Assembly (NCBI GenBank): GCA_951406725.2
Contig: OX597825.1
Span: forward strand, 61,008,001-61,072,000
Direction of reading: 5' to 3'
From: Octopus vulgaris
Taxonomy: Eukaryota
Length of the DNA: 64,000 bases
The first letter of the stretch is position 1. Each line of letters begins with the position of its first letter. Below the pieces are notes generated by a model. That model did not search any database. It was not told the DNA's origin and saw only the letters and a program-made list of their open reading frames with translations. Shown here piece after piece: positions 54,212 through 64,000 of the stretch. Position numbers and translations under genes: made by a program.

Positions 54212-55576
54212 TAACTATATAATCATTATGTTGCAATCCACAGGATAGTACATATATTTGTTTAAAACAACCATTCCATTTCACGTACTTGGAACAGTCT
54301 TAGGCTAACTGCAGTGGGTAGGAATGTCTAAATGGCATACCTGATGAAAAATTACATTGAATTTGTTTAATTATGCAACCCATCTTATGGTGAGTCCTGC
54401 CATATGTTACCTACGTCTTCAAAAACATTGCCCATACTTCACATAGAGCGTTAGCTCAAATTTAATTTTTATACACTCAGCAAAACCATTTATGTGTCTT
54501 TTATTGCTGTGCTGGTTATCGAAGTGAATAATATCACCTTAAAGTACTTGTTTATATTTGCATGAACTTAATGGTTCATCTAGATATAAATATACATCTT
54601 AGTTATTCTTTAAAGTTATGTGTTGTCTTGATTTCATGCACAGTGAATTGCTGGTAAAAAGAAGTGCTATTTGCCAGTATATTTGTCTATACTACTACTG
54701 AGTTTTTGACTCTTCTGTCTCAGCTCTCAATGGAATGTCAGCTTCTCTAATTAATTATTATGTGCTTTAGAATATTAAATGCTTTTAAAATAGTGTTCCA
54801 TTTCTTTCACTGAAATTTATAGATTTTTACTATTAAAAAAAAATTTGTTTTATTTTTCTCTTTATGTTAATTTTCATTCCTTTCTTCCTTTGGTTGTTTT
54901 ATTTATTTGTTTATAATTTTTTTTTTTTGTATGTGTAATTGTAAAATTTTCAGTAAAAAAATTTAACTGAAATACCTGCTTTGCATTAGTGTACTTTACA
55001 TTTTATCATACTTATTTTTATGTTTGCCATAGCGTTTTCAGCCATTTTATATTTTTATTCATTTATTTATTCAATCACTTATTGCAATATATGCCATCAT
55101 TGCATTAAACTGCATCTTTTTTTATGCTTAGTAATCTTTGAAAATGTTCAGCCTTTAAAACTACCATTTTAAAATTTTTTCTTAAATTAGATTCCAAGAG
55201 AAATGTTCCATATTTGTCAACTTGCAATTTCTGTTAAAATGGTTTCATATATTAGCTTTTCTACAGAACTTAGTACAACTAGTGACTCAAGTGAACACCA
55301 GAGCTTTGGCTCTCTTAACAGACACAGTTAGTTCAAGTTTCGCTATAATATTATGTGCAAATCTCTCTCTATTTCTTAAGGAAATTGTAGCAGAAAATTA
55401 ATGAGGTGTAAGCATTTTTTCCTCTCTGTCACAAAACTGTGTACACAGAATTCTTTGGTGCATTTGCTTTTGAATATGATTTGTTAATTAGCTAAAATGT
55501 CTTGCAGCAATCTTTACAAATGAAATACATCATTGCAGGAAAGAAGCTTATATATTTGGTTTTAGCAAGTGTGAAA

Positions 55577-55577
55577 T

Positions 55578-55624
<47 letters not shown>

Positions 55625-56190
55625 AATCATCACCATCATCCTCATCCTCATCATCATCATCCTCATCATCATCATCATCATCATCATCATTAACGTCCGC
55701 TTTCCATACTGGCATGGGTTGGATGATTTGACTGAGGACTGGCAAACCAGATGGCTGCGCCAGGCTTCAATCTGACCTGGCAGAGTTTCTACAGCTGGAT
55801 GCCCTTCTTAACGCCAACCACTCTGAGAGTGTAGTGGGTGCTTTTACATGCCACCGGCACTAGGGCCAGTCTGGCGGTACTGGCAACAGCCATGCTCGAA
55901 ATGGTGTTTTTTAAATGCCACCTGCACAGGGGTTGGTCCAGCAGCACTGGCAATGACCTCGCTCTAATGTTTTGTTCATGTGCCACCGGCACAAGTACCA
56001 GTAAGGTGATGCTGGTAACGATCACGCTCAAATGGTGCTTTTTATGTGTCCACCAGCATGGAAGCCAGACAGCTGCTCTGGCATGAATGGCAGTCACCGA
56101 ATTTGGTTCAATTTCGATTTCACTTGCCCCAACAGGTCTTCACAAGCAGAGTTTAGTGTCCAATGAAGGGAGATTTGCATGGGTGCCAAT
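55577..56190 (-). mobile_element. SINE-like retroposon with internal tandem repeats and (GAT)n tail
   Basis: Minus GGTTGGCGTTAAGAAGGGCATCCAGCTGTAGAAAC block (related at ~22450-22485 and ~56560-56620); internal TGCCACCGGCAC...CTGGCAA units; (CAT)n at 55577-55690. Confidence 0.7.
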
Positions 56191-56224
56191 ATATATATAT
56201 ATATGAAAGCATATATAGGGTGGG

Positions 56225-56400
56225 GGGAATTTACAAAAAACAAAAGACGAAGACAGGTGGTGTAGACAACAAACAGATGTATTAGTTTAACACTCGGGAA
56301 GTGAAAAAGTCTTTAACATTTTGAGCCTATGCTCTTCTACATAAAGGAACACAGAAAGAAACAAGGAGAGAAAATAAGGAATGTGTAATGGCTAGCGATG
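56225..56400 (-). mobile_element. Penelope pLTR-like repeat adjoining (TA)n
   Basis: Shares AATTTACA-AAAAACAAAAGACGAAG-CAGGT with ~46802-46834; minus GAAGAGC-ATAG-GCTC-AAAATGTT hammerhead-like remnant. Confidence 0.45.
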
Positions 56401-57140
56401 TATGAATGCATGTATGGATGTATAGATGTATCTTTCTATCTAACTTTCCATCTATCTATATGTGTGTGTGTGTGTGTGTATGTGTGTATGTGTGTATAAC
56501 CATTGTTATGGCTTTAGCATCCACTCTTCCATGGTTTGGTGGGTTGGAAGAAATTTTTTGAGGCTAGCATTTCTAAGTAGGAATGCTGTTCCTGTTGCCA
56601 AACCTTGCTTGTTTCCAAGCAAGACAATACTTGAACGGCAAATAGTTCAATAATCTGACAAAGAAAGGACTCACACACAAATGGCAAACTTTTTAGAGTT
56701 TATCCCGACTAATTCCCTGATGAAGCATTGGTCAACCTGTGGACAGAGTTGAAGATACAAGCCAACTGAGCCTTACACTGAAAAAGAACCCTACAACTTC
56801 TTAACCACATGGACATATATGCATACATATATACAATTACACATATACAATATACATGCATGTGGGTGTATGTGTTGTGTGTTTATTCATACATAACTAT
56901 ACTGTGCAGTTTCTTTCTGAAGTGGTTGCATATGTGCTTAGATACACTTGCTCTGTGTAAAAGTAACAATTAGATAGAAAGAATTTTTTTATTAAGTTCC
57001 AAGTTTCTACTTGTTGACATGTTCTTCTTTCCAACAAGTTTGCTTTCTCCATTATATCAATTTGCATTAAGTGTGTAGACAGAGTTTTTTGGTGCAGACA
57101 TCTTTCCATGATTTTTATATATTTTATGAAGTATTTCTTT

Positions 57141-57204
<64 letters not shown>

Positions 57205-57544
57205 CAAGCAGTATATAATAAAATTTTGATAAAAGTGCCTTCAATGATCAGATTTAGAAATGGTTTTTCATCAAAATCTGTTTCTTCTGCCAGTCTTAGA
57301 GCTTGACTTTGTCTCCCATAATTATGTTTATTCTATAATAAAGCATAATTAACAGGAAGAATCAAAACAATGACTCACATATTTATACTAAATATGCATT
57401 TCAGCGTATTTGGACGTGATTATATTAATTCATGTAGTGTATTGTCAACAGAGATCAGCTTTTATTTTACTCTCCAGATGTGTTTCAGGCTGATAGGACA
57501 CAACAATTTTGAGACACCAACTGTCTTGGAATCTCTTGTACTAA

Positions 57545-57980
57545 TGAATCAGGTATGTTATGAACATATATTTGTCATAAAGAAGAAGCAGGTTCCCTCT
57601 GACAAAACACGATAGCAATTAGCATATGCTTGTTGGCTCCTGCTACCCCACATTATGAATAAATATGCAGTTTATAGTATCTGATTTTAATTATGAGACA
57701 GACATAAAGATTATACTGGTGTGAAGCTACTTAATACAAGAGAAACTGACTATGAAATTGTGAATCAGGTATGTTATGAACATATATTTGTCATAAAGAA
57801 GAAGTAGGCTCCCTCTGACAAAACACAATAGCAATTAGCATATGCATGTTGGCTCCTGCTACACCACATTATGAATAAATATGCAGTTTATAGTATCTGA
57901 TTTTAATTATGAGACAGACATAAAGATTATACTGGTGTGAAGCTACTTAATACAAGAGAAACTGACTATGAAACTGTGAA
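57545..57980. repeat. Tandem duplication of a 216-bp unique unit
   Basis: 57545-57760 and 57761-57976 differ at a few positions; TGAA microhomology at the junctions. Confidence 0.95.
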
Positions 57981-58614
57981 GTTCATTATAGACAACAGTA
58001 AAATATACACAAGACAGACACTGGGAGAAATATCACCAAAAACTCATGGGAATTATTTTTAAACATGGGAATCATTTTTAATACAAAATATGATCAAAAT
58101 CTCCATAAATCAGATAATACTAGTCTGACTGAGATGGTAAACTTTTATGGTGTATCAAAACATACTAATGATGAAGCAACTAATGGCACTGACATTAAAG
58201 GAAATAACCAAAGACAAAAATATACAGGAAAATATAATCCAAATTTTGCTATTTAATGTAGAAACATTAAACGATAATAAATTTGTCAACTGTTGTGATT
58301 ATTACCAGTGAGATATTATCTATATCTCGACCATAATCAAATTGATATTTCAAGTACATTATTGAAATGGATTATATCAATATTTTCCTGTACAAGAATC
58401 AATTTGAATGTAGAAAGCCAATTTTTTTATTATAAAAGTCATATTTTCATAACATTTCAAATATGTTTGTTTGGTTGAAAATTGAGTCACTAAAAGGGTG
58501 AAGCAATCAACTGTATTTCAATACATCGATATTTAAGCTAAATTGAGGCTTTAGTATGTTTAAAAAATTTTTCATCTATTTTGTGTCATGTTTATATTAT
58601 TATTATATCTACCA

Positions 58615-58824
58615 AGTGGCATACTGGTAGATTTGTTAACAGTCAGAACAAAATGCTTCATGGCATGGTTTCTGGCTTTATGTTCTGAGTTCAAATTCCA
58701 CTGTTGTCGACCTTGCCTTTCATTCTTCTCAGGGTCGATAAAATAAATATCAGTCAAGAACTGAGGTCATTGTAATTGATTAGTCCCCCCCTACCTTCAG
58801 GCCCTGTGTCTAGAGCAGAAAAGT

Positions 58825-58902
<78 letters not shown>

Positions 58903-59662
58903 TTATTATTATTATTATTATTATCATTATTTTAATTTTTATTAAGATGGTGAGTTGGTAGAATTGTTTACATGTCTGACAAAATGCTACATGGCATTTA
59001 ATCTGTTTCTATGTTCTAAGTTCAAATTTTGCTGAGGTATACTATGCCATTCACCCTTTCAGGGGTCAATAAAATAAATAGCAATTGAGCACTTGGGGTC
59101 AATATAATCAACTTCCTCATCCCTCAAAATTGCTGCTGTGTGCCCAAATAAGAAAGGGACAGAATCATTAACATGTTGGACAAAATACTTTGCAGCATTT
59201 CTCTTGATTCTTCATCTACTACACTCAAAATACTACTGAGGACTTTGTCTTCCATTCATTCAGGGTCGATATTTTAAAGTCGAAGACTGGGGGTTGATGC
59301 TATAAACTAATCCTTTCCCACTAAATTTCAGGCCTTGTGCCATACATTATTTACATTATTTACATTTGATGGATATTTGTCCTCATCTTGTTTGTTGCTA
59401 AATATAGAACTTGTGCCTGTAGTTGAAAGAATTATAATTAGCATTAAGCTTTGGAGCTTTCAGAATCATCAGCACATTGGACAAAATACTTGGTAGCATT
59501 TTTCTGGCTCTTCACATTCTGAGTTCAAATTCAGCTGAGGTCATCTTTACTTTTTCATCCTTCCAAGGCTGATAAAATGACTACCTGTCAAGTACTTGGA
59601 GGTCAATGTAATCAACTAACTGCCTCCTAAAATTGCTAGCCTTGTGTGAAAATTAGAAAGAA
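58615..59662 (+). mobile_element. Head-to-tail run of four diverged Nin/Deu-domain-like SINEs
   Basis: Cores near 58700-58745, 59030-59080, 59240-59275 and 59535-59580. Confidence 0.75.
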
Positions 59663-59900
59663 TTAATATCATTGTTGTTGTTGTTGTTGTTGTTATTGTT
59701 CTTCTTCTTCTTTGAATTTAATTTCATTTTATAATTTGAACATGTAAAAGACACACAGAGTGTCGAAATATTGTCCATTCATTTCATTTTCCTTTTAATA
59801 AACAGAGTCAATCTTTATTTATTACCTATAACAGTTGTGCTCTTCTTGTTTCTTTACTTTTGTGAAGAGTAACTTCAATCTTGAAATATTATTATTGTTA

Positions 59901-59982
<82 letters not shown>

Positions 59983-59983
<1 letters not shown>

Positions 59984-60385
59984 CATATACGCTCAACAGC
60001 TTAGACTGTTGGAAAAGAAAAGAATCCTAACATTGGGCTACAACAAGTAACCTTAGATGCCAAGAACCCTCCTTAAGTATCCTAGCTGTTCCTAATAACA
60101 CAGTTTTCTGCAGCTGTACTAAACTGGATTTTATGCCTATTACCTCTTATCCATCTGTTCAGATCATTAGAGATAGTTCCGAATGCACCTATAACTACTG
60201 GGATACATTTTACTTGCACTTTCCATAGTCTCTGCAATTCAACAGCTAGGTTATTTTTTCTATACTTCTCATATTAATTTCATCATCATATGGACGAGAG
60301 TAAATTCAATTATCTGGCACTTTCTATTCTCTTTATCTACTACTACCAAATCAGGCCTTCTAGCTTCTATTACTCTGTCAGTCAC
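59983..60385 (-). pseudogene. R4/Dong-clade 3' fragment with 3' UTR, followed by (TAC)n(TAA)n
   Basis: Strong similarity to 12771-13110; retains ~70 nt after the stop codon. Confidence 0.85.
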
Positions 60386-60969
60386 ACACTTACCATTTTC
60401 TCACACACACATAGACCCCCTTTCTAAAACGCAGACCCCATTAGAACATAAAAAGGGTATAATTCAAAACAACAGGAATAAGATTTCAGTTGTTGTCTCG
60501 GGTGGAAAGAAAGAAACAATGGCTGGAAATACAAATGTACCAAAATAGGTGAAATAGGTTAGTTCAGATTAAAGGTAAGTTACAAACAGCAAGTTCCAAA
60601 GAGTAGTATTTTGCTGCAGCAGTAGAACTGACAGAAAGACAACACACCCCTACATAGCTAGACCCTTTATTTTTGTTTTTTAAAAAGAAGGGTATATGTA
60701 AAATGAAATTTTGGCTTGCTTGAATCTGTTACTTCTTTAGCATCCAGATTACTTGGTCAAATGTAATGCTTGTTTATTCCCATTGCTTTGAATTAATCAA
60801 GCATTATCGTGTGGCTTTGAGATTTCAATGATGTGATTGTTTACTTTTAGTATGACACTGTCAGGTAGGTGTAAGAGACTGTATTCAGCCAGTTTGAACA
60901 CAAACAAATATGTTTTGGCTAGATATGGCTGATTTAAAAACTAAAGTGTGAAATTTATTAATGAAAATA

Positions 60970-61533
60970 TTGGGTTGTCTGGAAAGTTCGTGCCGATTTA
61001 TAGTAGCTTATCTTTCAACTTATTTTAGAACATGGTTGAGTTCATAAAATAGGATTTGACTGCACCTCCATTTAGAGCACGGTTTAAGCTATCTTTTTGT
61101 GGAAGAAGGTCTATGTTCCTATAACCTGTGTTAATTCTGTAACCCTTTAAAATGGAAGATAAGAAAGTGCATTTTCAGCACTTGATTCTTTGGGAACCAA
61201 ACAAAATTTGCTGCGGCTCGGCTGGGATGTGTTACCTCACCCTCCATATTTACCAGATGTTGCTCCTTTGCATTTCCACTTATTCAGGCCTCTACAGAAT
61301 AGTCTTAATGGTAAAAATTTCAATTCCTTGGATGACGTAAAAAGATACCTTATGAATTCTTTACCATGAAACCACCTCAATTCTGGGAAGAAGGTATTTT
61401 CAAGTTAAAGGAAAGATGGAGACGCATTGTGCAACAAAATGGTTCATATTTGGTTGATTAAAATGTAATGGCAAGTATTTATTGTCCTTTTTCTTTCCTT
61501 TAAAAATTGGCACGAGCTTTCCAGACAACCCAA
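60970..61533 (+). mobile_element. Internally deleted mariner (564 bp) with both TIRs
   Basis: TA-flanked TIRs TTGGGTTGTCTGGAAAGTTCGTGCCGATTT / AAATTGGCACGAGCTTTCCAGACAACCCAA; MEDKKVHFQHLIL fused to LGWDVLPHPPYLPDVAP...ERWRRIVQQNGSYLVD*. Confidence 0.93.
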
Positions 61534-63661
61534 TACTTCAATTGCAAAGACAACATATTCTTAAGAAAAAATAGGGTTAGTGGAACCAATTACTTGAGTT
61601 GAGAATGGAGGAGCATTAGAGTGAGTAGATATGGCAATAGCCAAATTCCAAAGCTAAGTGAATAGTCCAAAATTCTGAAATGTAATTTTTTCAAGAAGAT
61701 TGGCTTTCCACATTTTATCTTGCCAGAGTGTTTAGTTGTATTAAAAGGTAGCATTACGGTGGTTTTCTAAAAACTTTTAAATGCGAGTGAGTTTTACACC
61801 AGAAAAGTAAACCACAATGGAACGTGGCTGTCCAAAATCTTTATTGTTAGTTTGCAAAATGAATGAGCGAGAAGAGAGTGAAGAAAGGAAAATACATATA
61901 AGTATATCTCTACTTACATTGGTAATTGATTCGAAGACATGTGCATTAACTGAAAAAACGATGTTACACAGAAAAGTATTTAAAAAAATTATTGGCTTAC
62001 ATCTGTTTTAATAAATGGTATGTACATATCCTCACTTGTACTACATATAGTTTTTTTTTTTTCCATTTCAATATTGGTTTTAAGGTGACTTTTTAAATTT
62101 TTTTAAGCTTTTAAATGTTTTCTGTGACCAATGAACAGTCAGATAAATTGATTAAAGTTGAGGCTTATTTTTTCCATTAAGTTCTTGAACGAAATGATGT
62201 AAAGTCAAAAGAGACATAACTTTAAATGGCTCAAGTTGCAGTAAGCCTGTATATAGTGAGGGAAAATGCAGTGCAAAAGAAAATTTACAGTATTTTTCAG
62301 CTTGAAGTTAGTCTTGAGCTAGTAGAGATATCAGCCTCAGATTAGCCCTGATCCAATAGATATGTGAACCTCATTTCAGTTCTGTACAGTTGACAGATAG
62401 GCCTCAGGTTTGTCCTGATTCAGTAGACATAGTTTGAAAGACGTTCTGGTCATGGCTCTCCCATTTTACTTTCAAACATAGTACCACCGGCTATAATGTC
62501 CAATGTATACGTGGTTTTAGATAGTAGAGTGTAATTTAAGGAATATTTGGCTGCTATTACTAGCCAGATCTAGTGACCAAACAACAAGTCAGTCATTGAT
62601 TCATAAAAGTGATATAAAAGATGATTGTCAATAACAGTCTCTCTATCACTTCTGATAATCTAAAGATGAAAGATATAGAGCAATATTTAACAATAGAGGA
62701 CAAAGAATGATATGAAGTAATATACAATTGTCTCCTCTTATCATTCCAAGTAGATACATGTATTCAAAATATTTCAAGGCACTTCAGTGGGCCCAAAGGC
62801 AGCACATATACTCAGATAATATACTGGTGGGGACTGAAATTGGATCTACTAATAATTTGGTTCTGTGTCAATGTAAGACGAAAGTTCACAAGAGATTGAA
62901 TGTAGAGAGTAAATAGTTGGTGTTATTAAAACTTGTTATTGCAATAAACATTCTTTTCATAGATTTATTTCAATCAGTTATGATGAAATTTCAAAAGACT
63001 CTGTGAACAGCATCAAAGAAGAGATATTTATAAAAGTAAGAACCAATCCCAAGGCTGATGTGAATATGCCAATATGTTTGGCATAGCTGTAAAAATAAAG
63101 AATAGATGCACATCAGAGTAAGGAATATAATTGTTCTGTTTCCAAATATTCTAGATTCTACTGTGATGTATAGGATCCAAAAGAATAGCAATATCACTTA
63201 ATTTACTATTTTTCTAGAATATAGATTGCTTATGAAGGCACAATTGACTGAGCTGATATGGAAAAGTATGGTCGAGTATCAAATAAGCAACTGGAAAGTT
63301 AACAGAATCAGTGGTGCTATATTAGTATATATTACATTCTCTGATATAAACTAACTGCACTGTAGTACACTGGTGTATCAGAAAAGATATCTAAACATAC
63401 TGCAGAATATTACTAAGCTTTAGAAAATTCCTACCAATGCTTGACCAACTTGGAAAATATAGTTTTCATAGTTTTGGCATACACAAATATGATTAATAAA
63501 ACTAAAGCAATAAGTTTGCTGTTTTTCAATGAATTTGAAATTTAATTACTTACGTTGATAAAACTTTCCATAGGAGGTTGTCAGTAATATTTTTGTGCTA
63601 TGAAGTCAAATAACCTTTAGAATTGTTGGTATATATATATGTGTGTGTGTGTGTGTGTATA

Positions 63662-64000
63662 CTAGCTGGTGTACCCAGTAATTCCCTGGGGTAAAGAAGT
63701 TCTATTGAAACGCCTTATTACTCTGATATAAGAAAGCAATTTCGCTATAACTGCCAGAAAAGGTGTATTTTGTGTCACGAAAATGTACAAAAACTGTCAG
63801 CTGGAAGAGGGAGGTTTTGTTGGAGGTTGTCAAGAGAGGTTTTTGGAGGTTGGCATGAGAGGTTGTCGGAGGTTGTCTAGAAAGGTTTTTGGAGGATGGC
63901 AAGAGAAGTTGTGAGAGAGGTTGTCAGAGGTTGGTGAAAGAGGTTGTCATGGGTTGGCAAGAGAGGTTGTCTGAGGGAGAGGCATCTTTGTTCTAAAATT
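63662..64000 (-). mobile_element. Helitron-like 3' end running off the window, carrying a GAGGTTG-based minisatellite
   Basis: Minus CCCAG-GGAATTA-CTGGG-TACACCAG-CTAG|T; ~10-11-bp repeat units at 63808-63982. Confidence 0.7.

Noticed and set aside
60733-60950. Possible piggyBac-like MITE (CTTTAGCA...ACTAAAG ends)
   Set aside because: Termini are too eroded and there is no TTAA TSD.
62962-63037. Possible small exon (TTTTCATAG...AA|GTAAGA; FISISYDEISKDSVNSIKEEIFIK)
   Set aside because: Such splice-like signals arise often by chance in AT-rich DNA; no recognisable homology or compatible neighbouring exon.

Overview
AT-rich eukaryotic non-coding DNA dense in microsatellites and transposons. The SINE repertoire strongly suggests a coleoid cephalopod, probably Octopus (inference from recalled repeat families, no search run). 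I see no convincing host protein-coding gene, and nearly all tracked ORFs are translations of simple repeats. The only long genuine ORF (~540 aa, 42174-~43794, minus) is the stop-free C-terminal part of an R4/Dong-clade retrotransposon (RT YMDD, CCHC finger, PD-(D/E)xK endonuclease) embedded in a (TAA)n array. The best candidate system is microsatellite targeting. (TAA)n arrays hold same-strand stacks of several R4/Dong families plus a ~550-bp non-tRNA, non-coding passenger element. A separate tRNA-derived, (GAA)n-tailed SINE sits in (CAA)n. Hairpin elements in (TA)n carry decayed hammerhead cores at their apex. Also present: a solo LTR with ATAT TSD, four Helitron-like elements, Tc1/mariner/maT, RTE, CR1-like and Penelope relics, an 8-bp-TSD MITE with telomere-type repeats, and over 30 SINE copies. 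Coordinates were read by eye; boundaries of decayed elements are approximate.
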